A DNA stretch of 63,021 nt from Rhynchobatus australiae (lineage: Eukaryota), in contig JAUZTB010000072.1 in NCBI GenBank assembly GCA_034780895.1, positions 19,713,240 through 19,776,260 on the forward strand, read 5' to 3'. The notes under the pieces are model-generated. The model saw only the letters and a list, made by a program, of their open reading frames with translations. It searched no databases and was not told the DNA's origin. A program made the translations under genes and the position numbers. Within the stretch, counting starts at the first letter, position 1; every line of letters starts with the position of its first letter. Shown in pieces: positions 1 to 11,225 of this stretch.

Positions 1-127
1 TTCCTGCACTGAGAGATGTTGGAAAAATGTCCCACAAGTAAATCCTTCACAATTCGAATTCATTGCAAGTTTACTGCCCTGTGAGTGGAAACTGCTCCAT
101 GAAAAGCTTGTGTTTATCTTTTCACAG

Positions 128-206
128 CACAAAGCACGCAGATAGTATTGATCTAGAGTTGGAGGTGGATCCACTGAATGTTGATCATTTCTCCTGCACA
201 CCACTG
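128..206 (+). CDS. CAMTA1: CAMTA1 internal coding exon (ankyrin-repeat region, TKHADSIDLELEVDPLNVDHFSCTPL)
   Basis: Boundaries are ttcacAG| at 126-127 and |GTaagt at 207. The exon is 79 nt (phase 2 to 0). The peptide matches the CAMTA1 ankyrin-region sequence as recalled. Upstream exons lie outside the window. Confidence 0.93.
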
Positions 207-429
207 GTAAGTGAAGTCCCAACTCTGTTTAAAGAATGTTTATAAAAACATCCTGCAGGCTCATGTGATGGCCCACACTGTACCCTGGCTACTTTTTTCA
301 ATTCACACTGCAGTTGTCCAGTATTGGTTTCCAGTCCAGCAGGCCTTGATTTTAAAATTCTCATTCTTTTCAAATCCTGCCTTGATCTCACCCTTTCTTT
401 TCATTACCCCAGCCCAGCCATCGACTGAG

Positions 430-680
430 TTCAATCTCTTCTCCCAATTCTGACCTTGTTAAATTGCTCTCCCCTAAACGTTTGGATTTCTCTCCTGAAA
501 CCTCTCTGCTTTCCTTTTTGATATGCTTACTAAAACTGTGCTCTTTCACCAAACTTTTGGTCATCTATCCTAATCTCTCCCTGTGTGACTCATTATCAGT
601 TTTTCTTGACAACAGGGCTATGAATCACCTTGGCACTTTTTACTACAGTAAAGGCACTATATGAAAACATTATTGTTGCT
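430..680 (+). mobile_element. decayed L2-type LINE/SINE 3' tail
   Basis: Motifs such as ctctttcaccaaacttttggtca and ttactacagtaaaggcactatatg recur at 6530-6800 and 59540-59710. Confidence 0.55.
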
Positions 681-1080
681 ACTTTTATGTGGTATAGGAG
701 CTGCTCCTGGTGAGGACTGCTGGATTAGTGTTGCCCACTGGCCACAAGCCAAATGCAAAACTGCCTGGAAACACTGGAAATGCAGCATCTAGCTCGGAGA
801 AGTCCAGCCAGAGACACACTGGTCCCATAGTAAGCTGCACTTCGAGTAGCTGGTAACAACAGTAAATGCTACACACTGTGAAATACCTCCAAGTTGTGTG
901 GAGTTATGGCTCTCTAAAGAAAGGAAGAAGTTGTGTTTTATTTCAAACTCTGAAATGGAATGTTCCAGTCTGTCAACATTGGAGGAGGTGTTGTTACAAA
1001 TGAAAACAATTTTTATTTTGCTTTGTTTCATCTGTAGGAATGAATGTAAAATAATTAGTTATTTGATCCTTTTTAACCAG

Positions 1081-1399
1081 ATGTGGGNNNNNNNNNNNNN
1101 NNNNNNNNNNNNNNNNNNNNNNNNNNNNNNNNNNNNNNNNNNNNNNNNNNNNNNNNNNNNNNNNNNNNNNNNNNNNNNNNNNNNNNNNNNNNNNNNNNNN
1201 NNNNNNNNNNNNNNNNNNNNNNNNNNNNNNNNNNNNNNNNNNNNNNNNNNNNNNNNNNNNNNNNNNNNNNNNNNNNNNNNNNNNNNNNNNNNNNNNNNNN
1301 NNNNNNNATCAGGGAGTGACAGCTGGATCGGACAGTGGAACAATAGCAGTAACAGCAGTCAGGAGGCTCAGAAGAGTGTCAGCACATCATCCACCACAG
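1081..1399 (+). CDS. CAMTA1: CAMTA1 coding exon (MW...SGSDSWIGQWNNSSNSSQEAQKSVSTSSTT), middle hidden by N gap 1088-1307
   Basis: It starts ttttaaccAG|ATGTGG, continuing TPL-MWACALG. Donor is ACAG|GTgcat at 1400. The 319 nt give phase 0 to 1, which fits the next exon (G|AT = Asp). Confidence 0.85.
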
Positions 1400-1604
1400 G
1401 TGCATTTATTCAGCCTTTCTTGTATTAAGCAATCATTGTTTTGCACGTTTGTGGACCCTATCCCAATCAATTTTGTGGCAATCAAAGACTGGATGTTCAT
1501 GCTGGGGAATGGTACAATTCTATTTTAAGCACTCTGCGTGAGCAACAGATGCTTCATGGAATGATCATCACACATGAGATACAAAGCGAATCTACAGTGT
1601 TTCG

Positions 1605-1830
1605 TCAAAAACTCCAATGCCAGGTTTAGATTCAGAACAAAGCTCCCTCTTCTCATCAAACAGTCCCAGGAAAGACACAGTACAGGTTAATTGCAGTGCA
1701 GATCCATTTTCATTGTCCTATCAAACACTTCCAATGCATACAGCATGGACAAGATACAGTGAAGCTCCTTGTATTCTATCTCATCAAACATTTCCAATGC
1801 AAGCATAAATCTCACTCTGTACTATCCCAA
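1605..1830. repeat. degenerate ~65-70 bp tandem repeat, about 3 units
   Basis: Recurring blocks are (t/c)atcaaaca(c/t)ttccaatgca, aagctcc(c/t)t and agatacag. It resembles an elasmobranch satellite as I recall it. Confidence 0.6.
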
Positions 1831-2383
1831 TAATTACTTACTTAATATAGATATGGATTAAAGATCCATTTACACAGCCCAAACAAACATCCCATATCAG
1901 GAACAAAACAGATGTCTTTTCTTTTTAGGCAGCCTTCAGGATTGAGGACACCTCTCTTCCATTGCAGTTCTCTGCGTTTTGAAGGGACTGATAACACCAT
2001 TGTGGGACATGTAGATTCTGGCACATTTGGGGCTTGAAGGGATAAGTGGACGAGTGGAATGGGAGTTGGTGCACTCCTTCTACTGCTAACACTGAGCTTT
2101 CATGTTCTACCCACAAAAGGACTTCATTCTCAGTGCCATCCTGAATGTTCCTTCTTCAATTTGACTAGTCATGGGCCAGGGATTTTCATGAGTCACTGGA
2201 GATGTTTATTTCTTTTAAAAAAAGAAGAGGCCTTGAGAGCATCTTTAAATTGTTTCCTCTGTCAACCAAGAAATCTCTTGTCATGACACAGCATTGAGTA
2301 AAGTGGTGATCTTGGAATCTGGTGTTGAGTCTGCAAACACATGGCCTGTCTATCAGGGCCAACTGAATATCATTGGAGCCTTG

Positions 2384-2559
2384 AAAATAAAAAAAAAATC
2401 TGCAGATACCAGAAATCTAAACTAAATACAGAAAATGCTGGAAACACTTAGCAGGTCAGGCAGCACCTGTGGAAAGAGAAACAAGTTAAAGTTTCAGGTA
2501 AGAGACCCTTCATCAGAATGCGCTTGACTGGGTGAGTGTTTCCAGCATTTTCTGTTTAT
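2384..2559. mobile_element. short palindromic Penelope-derived element with hammerhead-like core on the - strand
   Basis: A perfect 21-bp inverted repeat sits at 2428-2448 / 2535-2555. The - strand at 2487-2516 reads CTGATGA-agg..cct-GAAAC. Confidence 0.65.
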
Positions 2560-3594
2560 TATCGTTAGAAACATGTTGTTGAGGCCGTTGGCCTGGGAGA
2601 GGATGCTGATGTTGGTGAACTTATCGTGCCGGTGGATTGGAGGATTTTGCAAAGCTTGCCTCAGTGTGCCTTAGTCTCTGAAGAGTGATTTCTTCCTGTA
2701 CTAATGTGACAGTTTTCCATTCACAACAACCATCCTTCCTGAGCAATATTGCTAAGTAGTGTTGGATTACATGTAGTTATTAGCCTCTGAGCTGGAGTCC
2801 ACGAGGAGGAAGACAAAATTGCAAATTCATTCTCCACAACCATGGAGAAGGAAAGGAAGGAGGTTCATCTTAATCTGACCCAATGTTACTGAAGGTGTAA
2901 ACTCAATATTTCTGCTTTCTCTGTTCTACCTTGATTCCCATTGTCCTACACCTGTGGGACAGATGGTTTGTTAATTGGTTTTTCCTAGTCGATGCTGAAG
3001 TTCCTTATTTTCTCTCTTTCCTTGGGACATATGCCAAGTTTCCCCAAGGCTTATTCCAAAGGATAACAGCTGACAAAGCCCCCAACTACCCAGATTGGCT
3101 CAACAGCATAAAAAGCAGGAGGATAGAATGGTATCATAGCTAAGGTCTGTGGTCTGAATCTCAGTTTAAGGTGATAACTGGTTATCTGTCAGTCAACAAC
3201 CCTCAGTAGGTGCACTGCTACCATTCACTGGGCTCATTCTTGGTTCCCCGGTTAAGGAGGAATGGCATTATGACTCTCCATTGATATCTTAGCAATATCC
3301 CAGTGCACAAATAAAGGGAACTGTACTCATGATTTCTTGTATGTCAGGTTGGTACCATAGCCACCATACGTTTATAAGTCATATATGTAAGGCATGGCAA
3401 AGACATGATATCATGTTAAATTATAGGTCTAGTAATCATGAGTCATGAGCTCAATTTCCACCATGATAGGTGGGGAATTTAAAATAAGTTAATTAAATAA
3501 ATCTGGCATTAGAAAGATGACACAGCTAATGCTGACCTTGCAACTACCAAATTGTTGTAAAAATGTATCTTTTCTACCTAATGTGGTAAATATT

Positions 3595-3815
3595 CAGCAG
3601 GCTAATAGGTATCTGTGGAGAGAGAGGCAGAAAAGTCACCTACCTAAAACATTAGCTCAGCTTTTCCACAGATGTTTCCTGGCCTGAATTAATGCAGAAT
3701 TAATGATTCGGGATGATGACTTTTCTACCTCTCTTTCCATAGACTTTGGTTGACCTATTAAATATTTTCAGCATTTTCTGCTTTATTTTCAACCTCTGCA
3801 ATATTTTGCTTCCGG
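3595..3815. mobile_element. decayed copies of the same Penelope-derived element in both orientations
   Basis: The sequence atattcagcagg...atctgtggagagagag is followed by tttccacagatg and atattttcagcattttctgctttattttc. Confidence 0.55.
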
Positions 3816-4393
3816 CTCATAAACTCCACTGTCCTTGCTCTGACCTGTTTGTGCCTTCTGAAATGGCCTATCAAGCTACTCTGTCGAAGGGTATTTGGGG
3901 ATAGAAATAACTTCTTGATTTACCAGTAAAACTTTTGAATATGTTATAAAAAGTATACGAGGCAGCCATTTTGAAAAGCATGAAAAACTTCATTGGTTAG
4001 GATCATATGGAACCACTGGAGGTGCCAGTGTTCATTCATTCCCATGAGTTCTGTATGCTAGATGACAATGTGGTATGGCCTTTCCTCTGCTCACTCTCAA
4101 GTGGGCAAGCAGTGTTTCCCACATGCTCCAAAACAACAGCCACATTTTCTAAGCTAATTAAATGTACTTTATGTCTCTTCAAAAGGGAAATTGGTCAATA
4201 CATGGGGGATTAATTCTGCAGGAAGAGAACTAGAAACTGGGACTCTTTTGAAAGTGCTGGCATAGCCACAATGGTCCGAGTGGTCTCTACCTCTGCTGCA
4301 TGCTTCTGTGATTCTATGTGAAACTCATCTGAGATGTACCTGAGAGAGATGATACAGAGGTGTGTAAACACAAACCTGCTTTCCTTGTACTAG

Positions 4394-4932
4394 ATCTCAG
4401 ACGGCCGAGGTCAGAATCCCTCCAGTACCGTGGGAACGACAACCAGCGAGATCTTCCAGCTTCCAAGAAGCACAAGCTAAACACAGAGCACTTCCACACC
4501 AGGCAAGACAAATCATCACCCCCTCCACTAAATCTAGAGCAGAAGATCCCCACCAAGCTGAACTCCAGCCCAAAACAATCAAGCACTGATGCAATCGATT
4601 CCGAAATGGAGAGGAAGAGCCCCAGGGAAACCTCCCACCATACCTCAGAATTCTCTTTGCCACTAGCCACCGGATGCAGGAATGTTGGGAACCAGACAAG
4701 TCCAAAATGGAGCCAAAAGGAGATTTATGTCAGCGTAGCAGCACAGACTGCAACAGGACAACCTGCAGTGATAAGGAAGGTGTCGGGTCTCAGTGCCAGT
4801 TCCATTGCTCACAGGATACAACAGAAGCAAGACATCAGTGTTTTAATGTTATCAGAGAGAGAGATGGTGGATGCAGAACTGTTGTCATACAAGGAGAATG
4901 AAGAGTGCCTCCAACATATGGATGATTTGCAG
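4394..4932 (+). CDS. CAMTA1: CAMTA1 large linker exon (DLRRPRSE...KKHKLN...ENEECLQHMDDLQ)
   Basis: Boundaries are gtactAG|AT and CAG|GTagga. The 539 nt are open (ORF 4360..4962). Motifs LRRPRSE, KKHKLN, SVLML and ENEEC..MDD.Q are CAMTA1-like. Confidence 0.93.
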
Positions 4933-5722
4933 GTAGGAGATGCAGAATTAAGAACTTTTTAATGTAGTTATGAGAACATCAATGACTCAAACAGAAAATG
5001 TTTATCCGATTTATTCTACGATTTCCCTGCCTAATCTTTTTTCTTGGCAATGCAAATACTTGCAGTGGGTTCCAGTAGCTCAGGTCATAGGGGCTAGAAA
5101 CAAACTGTGACACTGAGTGTTGATAGATTATACTGAAGGGACCAATATTTTGGTTCCTGGTTTCTGCCAAGTCCGCACTAGTTGCAGTACAATAGCTTGT
5201 CACAGTGGCTGAGCCCAGGAAAGCGAAATAAGAAGCCTGCACTCCTGCTCCCTGTCCCCATCCGGCAACACCTACAGTAAGGAGTGCGGATGGCAGGGTC
5301 AGGTTTGGCACACACGCCTGGTAATGTGATGGTGAAGTCCCCCATTTTCTAAGCCCAAATGCAAAGTATAGCTATTTGACCAAGGAGGGCTGATAAAAAT
5401 GGTGGTATTGTACCTCAGCGTGAATCAGCAGTTTCAGGAGACGATGGATGGATGGGATTATATCTGCTGTTTTGTGATAGATTTATTACTTCATTCACAA
5501 TGATTTTGTTATACTGTAGATATTAATGCAAAGGGCAGGAAAGCACAAAATATAACATTGAACAATAATATTTTTATGATTACATTTTATTAGAAAACAA
5601 TGCAATTTTGTTGTAAAATCCATTACCTTCTCTCTGCCTTAAAAGATTTTCAATTAGTAATTTAGAACAGTTGTATTGGGCATGCAAAGAAAAATATTCT
5701 TAATTTCCTTTTACTTCTTTAG

Positions 5723-5910
5723 GCTAATATGATGTCCTTGGCTGAACAGATCATTGAAGCTACACCAGACAGGATCAAGCAGGAAAACTTCATCCCTATG
5801 GAATTTTCATTGTCTGAGCGAGGGGATGTACCTAGCGTGAACACCACCTTAAGCTGGTTGGCCAGCTACCTGGCAGATGTGGACCATTTACCCAGCTTAT
5901 CTCAGCTTCG
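5723..5910 (+). CDS. CAMTA1: CAMTA1 coding exon (ANMMSLAEQIIEATPDRIKQENF...SWLASYLAD...QLR)
   Basis: Boundaries are ttctttAG|GCT and CG|GTcagt. The exon is 188 nt (phase 0 to 2) with a highly recognisable CAMTA peptide. Confidence 0.95.
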
Positions 5911-6529
5911 GTCAGTACCTCAGGGTCTTCATATTAGTGTTAATGAAAGTCTGAACTGGGTGAAAGTCAGAAATCTGTGCCACAAACTATTAATAAAGGT
6001 TGAAAATAGGGGCAATGTAATAATTAGCTGATTGCCAAGCTCAATTTAGATTGTGGGAAGAAGGGAAAAGCAAGGGAGGGGAGTTGATGAGATGCACAAT
6101 TTGGAGTCTTGTTGCAGAGGGTTGAAGAAGCTTGATTTCAACCCATTGATCATATGGAGAGAACAAAAGAATAGGGTAGTCAACCTCTCCCTCACCAACA
6201 CTCTGTTTTCACTAATCTTTGTACCTGCCACAAGCTATCTGCTGCTAAAGTTTTCAATTGTGCTTTGTTATCTCCAAATTTGCCCCAGCACATGACTGGC
6301 CAGCCCCCCATTTTCCAACTTTCAAGAACTTAAACATATGCAAAGTGCTTGAATCTGTTTCCTACTTCCACCTATTCCCACTTACCCTTCACAGTGCTTA
6401 CTTTGATCTATATTGGGCTGTGGTCTGGCAATGCAGCAGGTTTGAAGTTTTCAAAGTAAAATTCAAATCCTCCATGGACTTTACCCTCTTTTTTTGTATT
6501 CTCCTCCAGCCTACAGCCCTCTAAATTCC

Positions 6530-6800
6530 AAACTCCTCCATTTCTGGCTGTTTGGCATCCCCTACTTTTCTTTGCTGAATTTTGACAACCATGACTTCAA
6601 CTGTCTGGAATTTGCTCCCTAAATCACTCTTTCTCTCCACCTGTTTCTCCTCCTGAAAAAATGCTCTTGAAATCCCTCCACTTGACCAAAGTTTTATTTC
6701 CTGTCCTAATAATTCCATATGTGACTCAGTGATTGCACTCCTATGAAGTGCCTTGGAATGTTCTTCTGCTTTAGAAGAGCTTATAAATGGAAGTTGTTAA
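6530..6800 (+). mobile_element. decayed L2-type LINE/SINE 3' tail
   Basis: It contains ctggaatttgctccctaaa, ttgaccaaagtttt and ctcctatgaagtgccttggaatg, and is homologous to 430-680. Confidence 0.55.
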
Positions 6801-6922
6801 TGATGAGTGGGTGCTCAGCTGAAAACATGCTGCTGTTGATTGATATGAAAAACTGTAATAGGAGATAGAACTCTTGTGGAACTAGTATTGCTGTTCATCA
6901 TGTTGTCCCTTTTATGTTCCAG

Positions 6923-7169
6923 ATCTTTGTACAGCGAGCCCCTGACTCCTCCCTCTAATGCAAGCCAAAGCNNNNNNNNNNNNNNNNNNNNNNNNNNNNN
7001 NNNNNNNNNNNNNNNNNNNNNNNNNNNNNNNNNNNNNNNNNNNNNNNNNNNNNNNNNNNNNNNNNNNNNNNNNNNNNNNNNNNNNNNNNNNNNNNNNNNN
7101 NNNNNNNNNNNNNNNNNNNNNNNNNNNNNNNNNNNNNNNNNNNNNNNAGACCGCTTTCCGAAGTACAAG
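6923..7169 (+). CDS. CAMTA1: CAMTA1 coding exon (SLYSEPLTPPSNASQS...TAFRKYK), middle hidden by N gap; apparent 1-nt deletion near 7160
   Basis: Boundaries are gttccAG|A TCT TTG TAC and TAC AAG|GTtaga. Both ends match the CAMTA1 exon that ends in the first IQ-like motif. Confidence 0.85.
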
Positions 7170-8194
7170 GTTAGAGGGGATGGAAGGCCAGCCCCAGAAA
7201 TATGTTGCAGAGTTGCACCATGAAAAAAAAACGTGAAACGTCTGTGTGGTAGCCATACTAATTTGATCCTCAAAACCCAGACTTGGTATTATTGTATTGT
7301 ATGAGGCATAGTAAACTGTGTCTGCACATGACCCAGTAATAGCACTGTGATAAATGACTGGATAATTTTTTTCGGTTAATGTTGTTTGAGGAACTACCTA
7401 AGTCTTCCTCAAAATAGTGCTTTTCTATCTATTATTGCCCGTGGGTTCAAGCCTCCTCCTGTATACTTGAGCACACAATCTATGTTGATGCCTCAGTACA
7501 GTACTGAAGGAGCCCTGGACATTTGGGTGAGACAAACTGAGGACCTCGTCTGCCTGCTTGGGTCACTAAAATATTTTAAAGTAGGGCTGGGTAGTTTCTC
7601 AACTGTTCTTGCCAATTCATATCGCTCAGCCAACATTACTAAAACAGAATATACTGCTTGCTTTACACAAATTATCTACATTACATCAGTAATGGAGCTA
7701 AACTTCCTGGGTCATTTTGCCAGAGTTTACGGTTATAGTATATCCTACAATTGAGGCCTAAAAATGCGTTATCCTGATGTAGTTCTCTTACCCACTGCCT
7801 ATAACCTGCACTGCAAAGTGTTTGTGACTGGATATTGGCTGAGGTGCAGGAGTGGGCTGGTTTGCAATGCCTCTATGCTTAAGTTACAGTTGAGACAAGA
7901 AGAATAGAGACTAAGCTTGGTCTTTAAGGCCATCGTGCCCATAGAACCCCAGAAAGTGGCTATAGCTTCAGGAGGAAGAAAATTACAAGTCCAAATAACT
8001 GCAGTATAGAGCGCTGCAGTTTGTGCAGTCCTCTCACAGCTCCAGGTTTGGTACTGTAAATTGCTCCTTGTATGTTGGTGGTTGGTAGAACCTGGGAGTA
8101 GTTGAGAGGAATGTAAGGAGAATGAGATTAGAATAGAATTAGTGTAAATGAGTGATTGGTTGGAGTGGATACTGTGAGCCAAAGGACCCGTTTC

Positions 8195-8480
8195 TGTGTA
8201 TGATCCAGGTTTGATTCTGATGTTCCGTGCTGTCTTGCATGTTCTCTCTGTGACCACATGGATTTCCCAAGTGCTCCAGTTTTCTCCCACATCCCAAAGA
8301 CGTGCAGGTTGAAAGGTTAATTGGCAACTATAAATTACCTCAAGTGTAGATAGCTGGTGGGAGAATCAGAGGGTTGTTAATAGGCATGTGCGAAAGAATA
8401 GGTTTGTGATGTAATGGGATTGATGGGATTGCTCTAAGGGCTGGCGTAGACTTAGTGGGCTGGGTAGCCTCCTATTTGGT
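8195..8480 (+). mobile_element. HE1/V-SINE-like tRNA-derived SINE
   Basis: The core ttgcatgttctctctgtgaccacatggatttccc..gtgctccagttttctcccacatcccaaagacgtgcaggtt is shared with 27605-27940 and 58660-58960. Confidence 0.75.
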
Positions 8481-8509
8481 GATGAAAATTCTATGAAATA
8501 ACAGGTATT

Positions 8510-8870
8510 AAGAGGATTTGGCAAGAAAGCAAGAGATAAGATTCTTTTTACCTCAATGTGCTGTGTGGTAACATGGAATGGACTGCCTCGAAGTTGGGGA
8601 ATGCAGATTTAATAATAATTTTCAAAAGAAAATTGGATAAATACTTAAAGAGAATAAAGTGCAGGGCTATGGTGAAAGAGCAAGGAAGTTAAACGAATTG
8701 AATATTTCACCAAAAGGGCAGCACAGGCAGGATTGACCTTCTGTNNNNNNNNNNNNNNNNNNNNNNNNNNNNNNNNNNNNNNNNNNNNNNNNNNNNNNNN
8801 NNNNNNNNNNNNNNNNNNNNNNNNNNNNNNNNNNNNNNNNNNNNCTGTGCTATCTCATTCTGTGACTTTA
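8510..8870 (+). mobile_element. CR1-type LINE 3' end fragment
   Basis: The stretch tggaatggactgcct...ttcaaaagaaaattggataaatactt encodes a decayed WN.LP...FK..LD.Y C-terminus plus 3'UTR. Confidence 0.6.
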
Positions 8871-8899
8871 AAAGAAGATACAATAAGTAAGTGAATATT

Positions 8900-8998
8900 A
8901 GTTTTGATGAAGGATCTGTGACCTAAAACGTTAACTGTTTCTCTTTTCACAGATGCTGCCTGACCTCCTGAGGTTTTCCAATATTTTCTGTTTTTGTA
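8900..8998 (+). mobile_element. Penelope-derived fragment with degenerate hammerhead core, 40 nt upstream of an IQ exon
   Basis: The sequence ttgatgaaggatctgtgacctaaaacgttaactgtttctcttttcacagatgctgcctgacctcctgag is the reverse-complement homolog of 2430-2516. Confidence 0.65.
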
Positions 8999-9038
8999 AA
9001 GGGTAGCGATTGTTAACATTGTTTTCCATTTGTTTTAG

Positions 9039-9110
9039 GGACGTCCTTTTAGGGAACAGCAAGAATTGGCTGCTGCTGTCATTCAGCGCTGCTACAGAAA
9101 ATACAAACAG
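9039..9110 (+). CDS. CAMTA1: CAMTA1 IQ-motif exon (GRPFREQQELAAAVIQRCYRKYKQ)
   Basis: Boundaries are tgttttAG|GGA and CAG|GTaaaa. The 72-nt exon is phase 0-0 and contains IQxxxRxxK. It is too short for the ORF track. Confidence 0.95.
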
Positions 9111-10029
9111 GTAAAAATTAAATATGAGCCTTCCCACTCTGGGAGAGGATACGTAGAGAACCGTAAAGGCAACTGATGTGTCTGAGCTGAGTTAGTTGGT
9201 AGCCTTATGGTAGGAGGCCTCTGCACTGGATCTCAGTCCTGCTTAGCTGGAGTGCAAAGGGTTTTTCCCCAGCCCAGATCACTGTTACAATTCTGCTCCC
9301 CTCCACATCACCACCACCTCTCCATCCCTCACCCATCCACAGAGAGCAGAATTGATCTGCCATCACTTTCTAGCCTTGAACATGATACACAGTCACCCAA
9401 GCACAATGATGAATGATCATTATAGAACCCTATTACTAGCCAGGGGTTACTAGTTTTTGTTGAGAGGACTGGGTAGTTAATGGGAGAAACTTTAAGGATG
9501 TGGGCTGACAGAAAAGAAGGGTAAATTTTCTCAAAAGAAATCAGATTGACACAAGCAAACTTACTCTCAGAAATTCCAGACTCCGTGGGAACCATTGATC
9601 AGATTGTACTGAAGTATGATGACTACTGATTTTTGAAAATTGCCTTGGCTTTTGCATTTTTTTCAATGAAAAGAAAAATCATCAGGGATGGATTTTTGTT
9701 TTGAGATACTGAGAAACCTTTTGTGAAATGGCCAAAATGCACAGACAACACCAGAATGAACCTCACAGTTAGAAGTGCCTGGATAACTTCAATTCCAAGG
9801 GAAGAAAATGGGACAAGAAGTTCCATAGACAAAAGACCCTGAGAAAGGAGGAGTTTGTATCAGAGTCTAAGTTTCAGTACAATGAGAAGAAGATAGAGGC
9901 AGAAAAGTGCATAGAGATTTAGGGACATGGGGGAAAAATTCAAAGGAAGACTCGACATAGTAACATTGATAAAACCAAAACAAAAGGGCTTGTTTTAGTT
10001 CCTGGCTTGAAAGCAACTTTAATTTTTCT

Positions 10030-10620
10030 TAATGTTGCAGTTGTACAAAACATTGGTTAGACCGCACTAGGACCATTGCATACAGTTCTGGACACCACAC
10101 TACAGGAAGTATGTAGTAGCAGTAGAGAGAATGCAGAAGACCGTCACCAGGATGTTGCCTGGAATTGAGGACTGTAGTTATTAGGAGAGATTGGATAGGC
10201 TGGGTTTATTCTCACTTAGATGTAAGAGTCTGAGATTTATAGAGGTTTATAAAATGGTGAGGAGCATAGATAGGATAGTTAATCAGAATCTTTTTCCCAG
10301 TGCAGGGGAGTCTAGAACTAGAGAACACAAGTTTAAGGCGAAACTAGAGAACACAAGTTTAAGGCGAGAGGGGAGAAACTTAAAGGAGATCTGAGGGGTA
10401 ATTTTTCACACAGGGGGTGGTGAATGTCTGGAATGAGCTACCAGAAGAGGTAGTGGAGACAGAAACAGTTACAACGTTGAAAAGGCATTTGGATAGATAC
10501 TTAGATAGGAGAGGCATAGTGGGTACAGGTCCAGTGCAGGAAAATGGGATTAGCATTGTTGGCATGGACAAGGTGGGCTGAAAGGGTCTGCTTCTGTGCC
10601 GTATGTTTCTATGATTCTAG
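10030..10620 (+). mobile_element. CR1-clade LINE 3' portion (end of ORF2 plus 3'UTR), degenerate
   Basis: It translates as LYKTLVRPH..., ERLDRLGLFSL...IEVYKMVRSIDR and FTQGVVNVWNELPEEVVE..FKRHLD-like, with stops and frameshifts. Confidence 0.85.
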
Positions 10621-11134
10621 GGAGTGAAAGGTGTANNNNNNNNNNNNNNNNNNNNNNNNNNNNNNNNNNNNNNNNNNNNNNNNNNNNNNNNNNNNNNNNN
10701 NNNNNNNNNNNNNNNNNNNNNNNNNNNNNNNNNNNACACTGACACTGATTTATTGACGTACTATACTACCTCAGACAGTCTCCTGACTAGCCAACCCATC
10801 TGGCCTCAGTAATTACTTACACCACAAGGGAAGTTTGCTCTCACAGTTCAGTAGATACGCCAAATTGTGTTTCTTCAGGTATGAGAGCTCACCTGCTTTG
10901 CACTGACGCACACATTACTAAACCCAGCTCCAGGCATGTGGCTACTCGAGACACTATCCAAGCAATGTGTGCTGTTCTCAGTGGGCTTGGAAATGCTTGG
11001 CATATGCACAGAGAACAGGGCCTGCATGGCAATAGGTCTGTTATGAACAAGCCACTGTCCCTGTCTATTAGAAAGTGTTAAGTCAGACCCTTCATTGCCC
11101 TGGGGGACTTGTGCTCATGACATGAAACATAAAT

Positions 11135-11225
11135 AAGCAAGCAGAAAATGCCTCAAACATTCAGCAGGTCTGGCAGCATATGTGATGTAAGTAAAACAGA
11201 GTTAATGTTTCAGGTGAATAATCTA
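11135..11225. mobile_element. decayed Penelope-derived short element
   Basis: The sequence gcagaaaatgcctcaaacattcagcaggtctggcagcata...acagagttaatgtttcaggt is homologous to 2428-2500. Confidence 0.55.

Noticed and set aside
7799-8290. 163-aa minus-strand ORF
   Set aside because: It begins inside a SINE, has no recognisable domain and is antisense in an intron.
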